In this document: positions 1-14,500 of the stretch, one piece after another
Position numbering within the stretch: position 1 is the stretch's first letter
Layout: every line of letters begins with the position of its first letter
DNA from: Candidatus Fermentibacteraceae bacterium
Lineage (GTDB): Bacteria > Fermentibacterota > Fermentibacteria > Fermentibacterales > JCC-6
Length of the DNA stretch: 46,551 bases
NCBI GenBank assembly: GCA_041686025.1
Contig: JAWLEP010000022.1
Location: 1-46,551, forward strand
Reading direction: 5' to 3'
Position numbers and translations under genes: made by a program
The notes under the pieces: generated by a model
Told to the model about the DNA's origin: nothing
Databases searched by the model: none
The model's input: only the letters and a program-made list of their open reading frames with translations

Positions 1-24
1 CCCACCACCACTACGCCCATGCTC

Positions 25-1314
25 CTACTTCCCCACGCACAGCCTCTGCAGCGCCCTCTCCACGGCGGCATCCATCCGTCTTCCCTCGCCGTCCAGCAGG
101 GCCGCCAGGCCCCTTTCCGCCTCGGTCAGCTCCGCCGCCGCCATTCCGTACTCGCCGCCGGCCACCATCTCCATTGCTCTTCGCGCCCTCTCCGCCAGCC
201 CCGCTACCTCCGCGGCCAGACTGCCCGCCGACGCCCATTCGGCCAGATCCTCCACCGTACTCTCCCATCCCTCGCCGCTAACCAGGGACAGCCTTCTCTT
301 CCCGCCGGGGTAGAGGTCGGCCCGCGAGGAGACCTCCATTACAGATGCGGCCCTCCGGCGCAGCTCCTCCGGTGCCTGCGGCTCCGGGCCGGTCTCCATC
401 CAGACCACCAGGGTCTCGTCGTCCACCGATTCCGCCGCCATGCGATAGGCCCTGGCATCCATGCCACTATCTCCGGCTCCGGCGGAGTCCGTTACCAGTA
501 CGGGGCTTCCCCTCATCTCCACCACCGCTCCGGCTCCATCCCTGGTGGTCCCCGGTGCGCTGTGCACCAGAGCCAATTCCCTGCCGACCAGGCGATTCAG
601 GAAGGTCGACTTGCCGGAGTTCGGGGGACCCATCACCATTATCCGTCTCTTCCCCTCCGCCCTGCCCACCGTGGAAGCAGCCCTCTCCAGCCTCTCCGCC
701 AGCATCCCCAGCGCACCCTCGACGTCCGCCTCCGCATCCGGGTGCTCCCCGCCGAACTCGATCTCGCCCTCCAGCTCCTCCAGGGCCCCCGAGGCGGCCT
801 CCAGGGCCTCACGCACCCCTTCGGCCAGCGCGCCCGCCGGCGAAGCCGCTTCCTTCCCCTGCATCGCCGCCAGCTCCATTACCTCCAGCGGGCTCATTCT
901 GCCGCTCAGCAGCGCCCTCCTGGTGAACTCCCCGGCCTCGGCCCGCCGCGCTCCCGCTTCCAGAAGAGCCTCCAGCACGGCATCGACGCGGTCGGGTACC
1001 CCGTGACAGCAGATCTCCACCATCTCCTCGCCGGTGTAGCTGGCCCCCTCCTCCCAGAGGAAGGCCACCACCCGGTCCACCCTGCCGTCAGGTCCGTACA
1101 GGTGGCCCACGCGCCGCATCCTTCCCCGGGACAGCGCCCCCTCCGGCAGGCGCATGAGGCCCTCCGCCAGCCGGCCGCATCCCCTGCCGCTGAGCCTGAC
1201 CATGGCCAGCGCGGACCTTCCCCGGGGGGTGGCCGGCGCCGCGATTATCTCCTGTCTCGAGAGGTCCCCGCCGCCGGGGCCGGCGGCGGGCTTCTGCGGG
1301 TCTGTGCGGGACAT
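25..1314 (-). CDS. mnmE: tRNA modification GTPase MnmE (TrmE)
   Basis: N-terminal IAAPATPRGRSALAMVRLSG, SYTGEEMVEICCHG, AEAGEFTRRA, P-loop GPPNSGKS, GTTRD and C-terminal LCVGK; canonical position downstream of yidC. Confidence 0.93.
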   Translation of the reverse strand: MSRTDPQKPAAGPGGGDLSRQEIIAAPATPRGRSALAMVRLSGRGCGRLAEGLMRLPEGALSRGRMRRVGHLYGPDGRVDRVVAFLWEEGASYTGEEMVEICCHGVPDRVDAVLEALLEAGARRAEAGEFTRRALLSGRMSPLEVMELAAMQGKEAASPAGALAEGVREALEAASGALEELEGEIEFGGEHPDAEADVEGALGMLAERLERAASTVGRAEGKRRIMVMGPPNSGKSTFLNRLVGRELALVHSAPGTTRDGAGAVVEMRGSPVLVTDSAGAGDSGMDARAYRMAAESVDDETLVVWMETGPEPQAPEELRRRAASVMEVSSRADLYPGGKRRLSLVSGEGWESTVEDLAEWASAGSLAAEVAGLAERARRAMEMVAGGEYGMAAAELTEAERGLAALLDGEGRRMDAAVERALQRLCVGK

Positions 1315-1347
1315 CCTGCGTTCCTTCCGGCGGCCGAGGGCCCGGCC

Positions 1348-2928
1348 CTATCCGGAAGCCTTCTCCAGCCGCTTCTTTATAAGCTCCTGCTGCCCGATGG
1401 TGAGCAGGTTGTTCACGAACCAGTAGAGGGTGAGGCCTGCCGGGAAGCGCATGAAGAGCCACGTCATGAAAATGGGCATCACGTAGACCATGGTCTTCTG
1501 GCTGGGGTCGCTTACGCTCATCTTCTGCTGTATGAACATGGAAACGCCCATCAGCAGCGCCAGAAGGCCGATTCCCTCCAGCCCCAGCACGCTTTCCCCG
1601 AAGGGCAGGATTATCTCGGGCCTGGAGAGGTCGTCTATCCAGAGGATGAAGTCCGCACCCCTGAGCTCCACCATGTTGTACAGCACCCTGTACATGGCGA
1701 AGAAGAAGGGCATCTGCAGCAGCAGGGGGAAGCAGCCTCCCAGGGGGTTTACCCCCTCCTCCTTGTAGAGCTTCTGCATCTCAGTCTGCTGCCTCTTGGG
1801 GTCGCTCTTGTACTTCTCCTGCAGCTGCTTCAGCTTGGGCTGCACCTCCTTCATCTTCTGCATGGAGGTGAAGCTCTTCGTGGTCAGCGGCCACAGCAGG
1901 GTCTTGAGGACCGCGGTGAGGATGATTATCCGTACCCCCCAGTTGCCGATGAAGGAGAGGGGGACGCTTATGAACCAGAAGATGATCCTGCCGATCCATC
2001 TTATTATCGGCCAGCCGAAGTCCACCATGTGCTCCGCCCCGATGCCCAGAGACTGCAGCCTCTCGTAGCCCAGCGGCCCGGCGTACACCCTGGCCCGGTC
2101 CACTGTCATGGTGGCCGCCGGGGACAGTCCCTCGGCAGGGTCGAAGATTATGTCGTCCATTTCTTCCGTATTAATTATTAATATTGCAAAGTATTTGGTC
2201 TTTACTCCCCCCCAGTCCACCTCGTCGTGCTCGGTGGCCTCCTCCAGGTCCCCGGACTTCTCGTCCTCCAGGTCTCCCGCCCGTCTCCATACCGCCCGGA
2301 AGTAGTCCCCGGGGTTCACGCCCTCCTCGGAGACGGGGACGGCCCCGGCCGGAATCCGCAGCCCCGACGGGATGCCCTCCTGCTCCACATCGAAGGCGTA
2401 GCTGCCGGCGTGGAACGTGTACTCCCGATAGCCGCCTCCCGGGCCCTCCAGGCGCAGCGATTCGCTGCCGGCGCCCACCATCAGAGTGTCGGGGCCCGTG
2501 CAGGCAAAGGGAACCATCTCCCCGTCCCGCACCACCGGCAGCATGCCCCGTGAGCCCAGGTCTATCCTCGGGCCCCTGCCGTTGGTGAGGTTGTGGAAAC
2601 GGTGCAGCTCCCAGCGGCCTATTCCTCCCCCCAGCATGTCCAGCCTGGCGGAGACCAGGGTGTCGACGCCGGCGGAGTCCATCACCATCACCGTCACCGA
2701 GCCCTCCCCGGCCCCCTCGGGGATGGTGTCCCGTACCGCCATGGCGGTGTCCGGCGATGAGGCCGGGACGGTTATCGTGGTGTCCGCAGGCGGCTGCTCC
2801 GCCCCAGGCTGCCGGGCCGGGGGCGCGCCGCGGCCCTCATCGCCTCCCCGGTCGGTGAGGGTCCAGCTTACGAACAGGACAACGGCCATGAGCACCGCCG
2901 CCAGTAGCATCCTCTGCTGATCGCTCAT
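1348..2928 (-). CDS. yidC: Membrane protein insertase YidC
   Basis: N-terminal TM, periplasmic domain, [43 protein letters not shown]. Start placed at ATG 2928, which overlaps the yidD stop (ATGA) and follows GGAAGG. Confidence 0.95.
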   Translation of the reverse strand: MSDQQRMLLAAVLMAVVLFVSWTLTDRGGDEGRGAPPARQPGAEQPPADTTITVPASSPDTAMAVRDTIPEGAGEGSVTVMVMDSAGVDTLVSARLDMLGGGIGRWELHRFHNLTNGRGPRIDLGSRGMLPVVRDGEMVPFACTGPDTLMVGAGSESLRLEGPGGGYREYTFHAGSYAFDVEQEGIPSGLRIPAGAVPVSEEGVNPGDYFRAVWRRAGDLEDEKSGDLEEATEHDEVDWGGVKTKYFAILIINTEEMDDIIFDPAEGLSPAATMTVDRARVYAGPLGYERLQSLGIGAEHMVDFGWPIIRWIGRIIFWFISVPLSFIGNWGVRIIILTAVLKTLLWPLTTKSFTSMQKMKEVQPKLKQLQEKYKSDPKRQQTEMQKLYKEEGVNPLGGCFPLLLQMPFFFAMYRVLYNMVELRGADFILWIDDLSRPEIILPFGESVLGLEGIGLLALLMGVSMFIQQKMSVSDPSQKTMVYVMPIFMTWLFMRFPAGLTLYWFVNNLLTIGQQELIKKRLEKASG

Positions 2929-3185
2929 CTGCCCTTCCTGTCTTTCCACCTCTTTGGTACCGGGTCATGCCCCCCCCGGCACAGCGGGTTGCACCTCACC
3001 AGCCTGGCGAGTCCCAGGTACAGCCCCCGGAGCACTCCGAACCTCTCCACCGCCTCCAGCGTGTACCTGCTGCATGTGGGTGTGAACCTGCAGCTGGAAG
3101 GAGTGATGGGGGAGATGAACCTGATGTAGCCCCGGATCAGGCCCTCAACCGTCCTCCTGGGCCATCTCCCGTATCTCCGCGCCAA
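2925..3185 (-). CDS. yidD: Membrane protein insertion efficiency factor YidD
   Basis: [10 protein letters not shown]...RLVRCNP..GGHDPVP motif, between rnpA and yidC; TTG start uncertain. Confidence 0.92.
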   Translation of the reverse strand: MARRYGRWPRRTVEGLIRGYIRFISPITPSSCRFTPTCSRYTLEAVERFGVLRGLYLGLARLVRCNPLCRGGHDPVPKRWKDRKGR

Positions 3186-3513
3186 TTCTTCCCATCTCCG
3201 ACTTCAGCATCCCCAGGCTCATCCGCTCCAGCCGCACGGCCGGCCAGACTACTATATCCACAGAGGCCCGTGGCCAGTAATCCCCGGCCATTCCCCTTAT
3301 CCGCCGCCTGAGCCGGTTCCTCCGTACGGCGTTTCCCATCCTGGCGGAAACAGAAAACCCCAGGCGCATAACGCCCAGGGAATTCCAGGCGATCGCCGCC
3401 TTGAGCGTGTCGCCTCTGTAGCGCCGGCCCTTCCGGAACGCTCTGAGGAAGTCGGCCGACCTTCTCAGCCGCTCAGGGTGCCAGGCGCTTCCTGCCCTTC
3501 CTCCTGCGGGCAT
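3145..3513 (-). CDS. rnpA: Ribonuclease P protein component
   Basis: RL...DF, RLGFSVS and [14 protein letters not shown] (RNR motif); synteny with rpmH. Confidence 0.92.
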   Translation of the reverse strand: MPAGGRAGSAWHPERLRRSADFLRAFRKGRRYRGDTLKAAIAWNSLGVMRLGFSVSARMGNAVRRNRLRRRIRGMAGDYWPRASVDIVVWPAVRLERMSLGMLKSEMGRIGAEIREMAQEDG

Positions 3514-3607
3514 TTATCACGTTCCTTCCGCTCCGTGTCCGCATCCTGGCCCGGAAGCCGTGCTTTCTCGCCTTCTTCACCTTGCTCGGCTGGTACGTGC
3601 GCTTCAT
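3473..3607 (-). CDS. rpmH: 50S ribosomal protein L34 (44 aa)
   Basis: [22 protein letters not shown]...[12 protein letters not shown] at 3607 preceded by GGAGG. Confidence 0.97.
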   Translation of the reverse strand: MKRTYQPSKVKKARKHGFRARMRTRSGRNVINARRRKGRKRLAP

Positions 3608-3696
3608 GCTTCCTCCGCACCCTCCCGGCCCGGTCTTGACGGAGTCGGGAGATTGATTTTCTATTAGCCACTGTCTCCGCCTGAATTCGGAGGCCA

Positions 3697-3725
3697 AAGC
3701 TAGCCAAGGCAAGTCTATGTGTCAA
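3697..3725 (-). promoter_or_regulatory. Sigma70-type promoter of the rpmH operon
   Basis: Minus strand TTGACA (3725-3720), 17-nt spacer, TAGCTT (3702-3697), about 90 nt upstream of rpmH. Confidence 0.6.
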
Positions 3726-3954
3726 CCTGTTTTTCACTCCCGGCACCCTGACGCTGCGGCTCTTGACCCCGACAGCCGTGGAGGGCCGCCGCCTGCGCAG
3801 GCGCTCCGATAGAGGGTGGGGCGCCGGTTGTCCGCACCTTCGGCCTGCCGCCTCAGAAGCGCATGGGAGGGAGCCGACTCCATGAGACATGGCCGTTGCA
3901 GTTACCCCTGTCCGGGAAATGCACAAAATCCCCCGACGCATTTCCTTGGTTTCT

Positions 3955-4015
3955 ACAACTCGTTTTCATTCAATGAGTTGTGCCTCTGCATCGGTGTGGA
4001 AAACGTTGTTGACAA
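3955..4015. promoter_or_regulatory. DnaA box(es) and IHF-like inverted repeat upstream of dnaA
   Basis: TGTGGAAAA 3995-4003 (matches TTWTNCACA on the reverse strand); degenerate TGTTGACAA 4007-4015; inverted repeat ACAACTC-N13-GAGTTGT 3955-3981 containing ATTCAATGAGTTG (1 mismatch to IHF WATCAANNNNTTR). Confidence 0.6.
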
Positions 4016-4069
4016 CTCCCTCTACTCCGCTGTTGTCACTGTCTTAGCCCCTTTCCGGGACGGTTGGGC

Positions 4070-5407
4070 ATGAACGATCCGGCATCCGTATGGGAGGAGG
4101 TCCTGTCCCTGGCTTCCCGCGACATGAACGACACCACCTTCCGCACCTGGCTGTCCGACTCCAGGTTCGAGTCCCTGGACGACCATGCCTCCCGCTACCT
4201 GGTCCGCTTTCCCACCGAGTTCATGGCCAAGTGGGCCAAGAGCCATTTCGGCGACCTGCTGGAGTCGCTGTTCCAGAGCATCTCCTCCCGCCGGGACCTG
4301 GCCCTGGTGTTCGTGGGCGACCCGGCCTCCCCCCAGTCCCTCCGCCGGCCGCCGGCGCAGCGGCTGAAGAACGGCCACCAGAGCTATCTCCATCCCAGCT
4401 ACACCTTCGACCGCTTCGTCTCCGGCTCCTCCAACGAGCTGGCCTACGCCGGGGCCATGGCGGTAGCCCAGGAGCTGGGAAGCCCCAGCTACAACCCGCT
4501 GTTCATCTACGGCGGCGTGGGCCTGGGCAAGACGCACCTGATACAGGCCATCGCCCACTACCTGGTGGAGAATTACCCTGACAAGACCTTCAAGTACATC
4601 TCCTCCGAGCAGTTCACCCAGCGCTACATCTCCGCGGTGCCCAACGGGTCGGCGGCGGTGGCCGCCTTTCGCAGGGAGTTCATGGACCTGGACCTGCTGC
4701 TGATGGATGACATCCAGTTCCTGGCCGGCAAGGAGGGTACCCAGGAGGAGCTCTTCCACCGCTTCAACGACCTCTACCACAGCGGCCGACAGATCGTCTT
4801 CACCTCCGACCGTCCCCCCAACGAGATCGAGCCGCTGGAGGAGCGCCTCATCTCCAGGTTCGAGTCGGGCCTGGTGGCGGACATACAGCCGCCGGAGTAC
4901 GAGACCAGGCTGGCCATCCTCCAGGTAAAGGCCCGCACCGAGGGCGAGAGCTTCCCCTCCGAGGTGCTGGCCTACATAGCCAACACCATCAAGAGCAACG
5001 TCCGGCAGCTGGAGGGTGCCATTCACCGCCTGGCCGCCACCTCCCGCCTCACAGGGGCCCCGGTGGACATGGAGATGGCCGAGAGGGTGGTATCCGACTA
5101 CCTGGGCAACCGCAAGCGCTCCCTCACCGCCGGCTCCATCACCTCAGCCGTTGCCGAGGAGTTCTCCGTCTCTCCCAGCCAGCTGAAGGGAAAGGCAAGG
5201 AAGCGCGATGTCCTGGTCCCCCGCCAGATCGCCATGTACCTGATTCGCGACCTCACCTCCAGCTCGCTCTCCTCCATAGGCGAGTTCTTCTCCGGCCGCG
5301 ACCACTCCACCGTCCTCAACGCCATAGACCGGGTGGACTACCTCTGCGACAGCGACTCCGCCCTCAGGCGCAGGGTGGAGGAGCTGCGAAACCGCCTCAC
5401 CAGCTGA
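4070..5407 (+). CDS. dnaA: Chromosomal replication initiator DnaA
   Basis: YTFDRFVSG, YNPLFIYGGVGLGKTHL, LLMDDIQF, SRFESGL, NVRQLEG, domain IV RQIAMYL...GRDHSTV. Confidence 0.98.
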   Translation: MNDPASVWEEVLSLASRDMNDTTFRTWLSDSRFESLDDHASRYLVRFPTEFMAKWAKSHFGDLLESLFQSISSRRDLALVFVGDPASPQSLRRPPAQRLKNGHQSYLHPSYTFDRFVSGSSNELAYAGAMAVAQELGSPSYNPLFIYGGVGLGKTHLIQAIAHYLVENYPDKTFKYISSEQFTQRYISAVPNGSAAVAAFRREFMDLDLLLMDDIQFLAGKEGTQEELFHRFNDLYHSGRQIVFTSDRPPNEIEPLEERLISRFESGLVADIQPPEYETRLAILQVKARTEGESFPSEVLAYIANTIKSNVRQLEGAIHRLAATSRLTGAPVDMEMAERVVSDYLGNRKRSLTAGSITSAVAEEFSVSPSQLKGKARKRDVLVPRQIAMYLIRDLTSSSLSSIGEFFSGRDHSTVLNAIDRVDYLCDSDSALRRRVEELRNRLTS

Positions 5408-5618
5408 TCGTTTTCCACATCTTCGGTTGAAATCCCGTGTCCCCGCAGGCCCATGTGGAAAACTGCCCGTTCACTGTTCGGATATCCACTTTTTTTCCAC
5501 ACTCCTACCGCTGTGCCGGGCACGCAATAGAGGTGGCTTTCCGGCATGTCCACATGTATAATTTCAATAACCGTTCCTCTTTTGTTTTGGAACTACTCTA
5601 TGCCGGAGGGTTGAGGTC
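5408..5618. other. oriC: Replication origin oriC (dnaA-dnaN intergenic)
   Basis: Consensus DnaA boxes TTTTCCACA 5411-5419, TGTGGAAAA 5454-5462, TTTTCCACA 5493-5501; degenerate ATATCCACT 5482-5490 and ATGTCCACA 5546-5554; then an AT-rich tract about 5555-5600 (candidate DUE). Confidence 0.8.
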
Positions 5619-6734
5619 ATGATCAAGCTTCTCGTTTCCCACTCCGATCTGCTGGAAGGGCTGAATACCGTAGCTACCGCGCTCCCCCCCAGAACAAGTC
5701 TCCCCTCGCTCACCAACGTGCTTCTGGAGGCGGAGGACGATCTTCTCAGGCTGTCGGCCACGGACCTGGACACTACCGTCATCACATCCGTACCGGCTAC
5801 CATAACCAACTCCGGCTCGCTGGCCCTTCCGGGCAAGAGGCTGCACGAGATAGCCCGGGAGCTTCCGGGCGGGGACGTTCACCTGTCCGGAACGGGCAAC
5901 AGGGTGACCATCACCTGCGACCGCAGCGAGTTCACCCTCAGCGGCAGCTCCACAGATTCCTTCCCGGCCCTTCCCAAGCTGGAGGACGGCAGCCCCATAA
6001 CCCTTCCGGTGCAGGTCCTGTCGGAGGCCATCACCAAGACCTCCTACGCGGTGGCCCGCGACGACTACCGTCCCGCCCTGAACGGGGCGCTGTGGAAGCT
6101 GGGAAACGAGGGCTTCGAGATGGTGGCCACCGACGGCCACCGCCTGGCCAGGATACGCATGCCGGGCATCACCGCCCCGGAGGCTCTGGAGGCCATAGTT
6201 GCCCCCAAGGCCCTCAACCTGCTGACCAAGCTGGCCGACGGAGACAGCGTCAGCATAAGGTTCGGCGGAAACCAGATCTCCTTCCAGCTGGACTCCACCG
6301 TCATCTTCAGCCGCACCATTGAGGGCCCCTATCCCCCCTACGAGAAGGTGATACCCTCCGGAAACGACATGGAGCTGACCATGGAGCGGGAGGACCTGGT
6401 GGCCGCCCTCCGGCGCATGCGCATCATCGCCAATCCCGCCACCCACCAGGTGAAGTTCAGCCTGGAGCCGGACAACGTGCTGGTGGAGGCCGAGTACTCC
6501 GATGCGGGCCAGGCCCACGAGAAGCTGGAGGCGGAGTACGGCGGGGACCCCATGCGGATAGGCTTCAACGGCGACTTCCTGCGCGACATACTCCGGAACA
6601 TGGACTGCCAGCGGGTCCGGGTTCTGGTGAAGGACAGCACCACGGCCGTCATAATTCGCCAGGAGAACGCCACGGAGGACGTGGACTACCTGGCCCTCCT
6701 CATGCCGGTCAAGCTGCCGGGCGAGGGGGAGTGA
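5619..6734 (+). CDS. dnaN: DNA polymerase III beta sliding clamp
   Basis: LSATDLD, MVATDGHRLA, GPYPPYEKVIP, IGFNGDFL, LLMPVKL; 371 aa, follows dnaA. Confidence 0.97.
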   Translation: MIKLLVSHSDLLEGLNTVATALPPRTSLPSLTNVLLEAEDDLLRLSATDLDTTVITSVPATITNSGSLALPGKRLHEIARELPGGDVHLSGTGNRVTITCDRSEFTLSGSSTDSFPALPKLEDGSPITLPVQVLSEAITKTSYAVARDDYRPALNGALWKLGNEGFEMVATDGHRLARIRMPGITAPEALEAIVAPKALNLLTKLADGDSVSIRFGGNQISFQLDSTVIFSRTIEGPYPPYEKVIPSGNDMELTMEREDLVAALRRMRIIANPATHQVKFSLEPDNVLVEAEYSDAGQAHEKLEAEYGGDPMRIGFNGDFLRDILRNMDCQRVRVLVKDSTTAVIIRQENATEDVDYLALLMPVKLPGEGE

Positions 6735-6764
6735 TACCGGCTTGGTCCCCCGGCAGACGCACCG

Positions 6765-7076
6765 ATGAAGGCCCTCTCGGAGCTCGTCCGGAGCTTCAGG
6801 GAGCACAGCGGGATAGACCTCTACCAGCTGAGGCGAAGTACCGCTGAGCACTGGGCGGAGGCCGCGGGGGAGCGCATAGCCGCCTACTCCGGAGTGATGG
6901 GATTCGTCCGGGGCGAGCTGCGGGTGGCCGTATACCATCCGGCGGCGGGCATGGAGATACGCTCCAGGCAGGACGAGATACTGCAGGCGCTGAACACGGA
7001 GGCGGGCAAGCCCGTATTCGATCGGATAGTGGTGGTCCGCCGCCGGCGCGGCCCGGAACGGCACGAACAAGTCTAG
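6765..7076 (+). CDS. dciA: DUF721/DciA helicase-loader family protein
   Basis: W.E.AG..IA....V.....GELRVAV......MEI.....EIL..LN pattern; typical position before gyrB. Confidence 0.75.
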   Translation: MKALSELVRSFREHSGIDLYQLRRSTAEHWAEAAGERIAAYSGVMGFVRGELRVAVYHPAAGMEIRSRQDEILQALNTEAGKPVFDRIVVVRRRRGPERHEQV

Positions 7077-7086
7077 GAAGGCGTAA

Positions 7087-11491
<4,405 letters not shown>

Positions 11492-11529
11492 CTGCGCCGA
11501 CCCGCAGCCTCCGACGGCGGGGGGATGAG

Positions 11530-14500
11530 ATGAGCGACACCACAGAGCGTCTCAGCAAGCAGCTGAAGCTGTGGTACAGGGTCAACGAGCCCAGGCCGTC
11601 GCCGGTGCCCGAGGTGGGAGCGCCCTCCACCCTTCCCCGGGAGAGGATAGACCCCTCCTCCCTGGACAGGAGCATCGCCTCGGGACTCTGCAACCTCCGG
11701 GTCTTCGAGGGCGGCCAGTGGGAGACCAGCTGCCTCCGCCTCTCCGCCATCCTCTCCGAGCTCAACGAGTCCTCCCGGCGCCGGCTTCTGGACAGCCTGG
11801 GAGTGATATCCTCCCCTCCGCCGGTGGAGCCCGAGCTCCTGGAGAGATGGGTAGCGGCCATTTCCGCGCTGCCGGCCTCCAGCAGGCCCACCGCCATAAT
11901 GGAGTTCTTCCAGATCTCCTGGATGTGGGGCCAGATCGGGCCCGTGGTGAACATGGAGCTGGAGAACGTGCTGGCCCTCTTCTACGAGGCAATGAAGCGG
12001 ATCGGGGAGGGTTCCAGGTCCAGCGCCATGGCCCACTTCCTGGTAAAGCTGGCGGGACGCTGGCCCGAGCGCTTCTGCTACTGGCTGGAGTGCACGGCCG
12101 AGCACGGGGAGAGGGTGATACAGGCCCTCAAGAGGGCCGAGGAGCTGCTGGACGGGGCCAGACCGTTCGCCCGCGAGTCCCTGCTGGACTTCGCCGCCGA
12201 GATGGGCTGGAAGCTGCTGGACGGGGAGAGCCTCCCCATATGGCGGGCCATCGCCCGGAACGGGGAGACTCTCTACCGCCGGCTCCGGGGCTTTGCCGTG
12301 CCCGAGAGCTCGGTGCGGCTCCTCTCGGGGGTCCTGGGCAGGCTGGAGGAGACCAGGGGCCTGGAGAAGCTGCTCACCCGGGCCGCCGCCAGAACCGTGA
12401 GCGACAAGTTCTCCGGCATCGACCCGGAGGACGCCATGGAGGCCCTGGCCGAGCTTCCGGAGGTGCGGGACGCCCTGGTCAGCTCGGTGGAGGTGGAGAT
12501 CGCCGTGGAGGTTCTCTCGCTGCGCGGCTTCCTCTCCTCCCCGGAGGAGACCGGCAGGGCGATGGTTGCCATGGCCGCCCTGCCCGGCACCGGCACAACC
12601 CTGGAGAACCTCCGGACGCTGGTGGACGGCATGGGCGGAACCGTCAGCGAGACCAGGATGGCGGCCTCCGCCTCCCTGGCCGAGTACCTGGAGGCCAGGG
12701 GCCAGAGCCTGGACCTGGACTCCCTGCGGCGGGCGGGGTCGGTATCCGAGACAGTGGCGGCGGGACCGGAGGGCCCCGCCATGCGCAACGCCTTCCAGAA
12801 GCTCATGGGGCGGATAGCGGCCCTGGAGGATCCCCGGGAGGGGCTGGACCTGCTGGAGAGCTCCTGGGAGCAGGCGGCCTGCACCCCGGGTGACGCGGTG
12901 GCCTCCGCCTCCTTCCTCCTGCGCAGCCAGGCGGGCCTTTCCGACCCGCAGCTTCTGCGTCTGGTGCCGGTGGTGTCGGAGATCATGTTCCTTCTCGACC
13001 CCGAGGACCGCAAGAAGCTGCTGGGCGGTCTGCCCCCCGAGTGGTTCAACGAGCTGGCCCGCACCGGCGAGGAAGCCCTCTCGGTGGTGCTGGACGCCCT
13101 GAAGAACATATCCGAGGAGGAGCGGCGGGGACGGTTCCTGGAGATGATAGTCTCCCCCCTGCTGGAGGAGATCAGCGCCGACGAGGAGACCTTCGCCGAG
13201 TACCTGACCCTGGCCACCGCCGACTACAACAAGCCGGTGAGCGTGGACAGCCTGCGGGAGGTGGAGCTGAACCTGCTTTCCAGGCTCTTCCGGGCCGGGG
13301 ACCGCAGCCGCGTGGTGGAGGACTGCATCGCCAGGCTCCTGAGGCTTCCCGGCATGGAGGGCCACCGGGCGAACGATCTGCTGAACAGGGCCAAGCTGCT
13401 CTCGGAGGCCTTCAGCACCCAGGCGGTGTGGGAGAAGCAGTACAGCTCCGCCTTCAGCCGGTTCGTGAACGTGGGCCTGCAGAACCTGGTCCGGGTCATG
13501 GTGGGCCACCCCAGCGCCATAGACGAGCTGACGGAGGACCACCTCAGCACCCTGATAGACAGGATAATGCCCAGCGGGGCGGAGGAGCCGGATACCCAGA
13601 TCGCCAGCTGGCAGATAGACGCCGGAGCCGTCTTCTTCGGACAGGCCCTGCCGCTGGCGGTGGAGCTCACCGCCCGCACCCCGGGCAAGCTCATGCCCTT
13701 CCTCGACCGCCTCTCCAGGACCGCGGTGCGGAGCAGCCACGGCGTACCTGCGGGAGAGGACTACCTGTCCGAGGTGGTGATAAGGCTGGAGCAGCACCTC
13801 ATCGAGGAGTACAACATCCGCATCCAGTCCGAGCTCACCGGAAAGCCGGCCATACCCACCAGGCTCTCCGAGGAGTGGGCGTCAGAGCTGTTCGAGGTCT
13901 GGGAGGTGAGCCGGCGCAAGGAGAACACGCTGATGCAGGAGGCCCGCCGGGTCGCCCAGGTCCTTACCACCGACCAGAGGCAGAGGAGCTTCTTCCTCCG
14001 GGGCTGCCGCCGGCTGGCCATCGGCCTCTCCAGGGCCGGCCTGCTGGAGACCACCTCCTTCGTCAGGGAGGGCAAGGGCAGCGAGCTGGCCGGGCTTCGC
14101 AGGAACGTGGGGGGCGCCGACCTGATAGACGTGTTCCGCAGCTACGAGCACGGCGGCGAGATACTCCAGCTGGAACAGCTGGTGGGCGCCGAGCGGTTCT
14201 TCGACGCCCTGAAGGACACCGGCGGCGAGAACCCCTGCCGCTACTGGAGGAAGAGGGTCTTCAGCACCTTCTGCAACTGCGTCATCGACCTGATGCTGGT
14301 GGCGGCGGGCAAGCCCGAGCAGGCGGAGGACCTGATAGAGAGCTTCCTGGAAGTGGCGGAGTTCCTGGGCACCGAGAGCGGGGGCGAGAACCTGCTGCTG
14401 GCCCTGGAGCGGTCGCTGGCTGTGAAGCAGGGAAGGGAGCCGGTGAAGAACGTCCCCGCCGCCGCCCGGAACCTGGAGAAGCAGCTTTTCCGGCCGCTGT

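Noticed and set aside
19..2181. 720-aa plus-strand ORF and other long antisense or alternate-frame ORFs (e.g. 6796-8991, 11188-13797, 13041-15137, 17854-19812, 21707-23521, 32405-34093)
   Set aside because: Shadow ORFs of well-supported genes, expected in high-GC DNA; Arg/Gly/Pro-rich or antisense-typical composition with no motifs
3253..3261. DnaA-box-like ATATCCACA inside rnpA
   Set aside because: Single 1-mismatch copy explained by coding sequence (Val-Asp-Ile); not clustered
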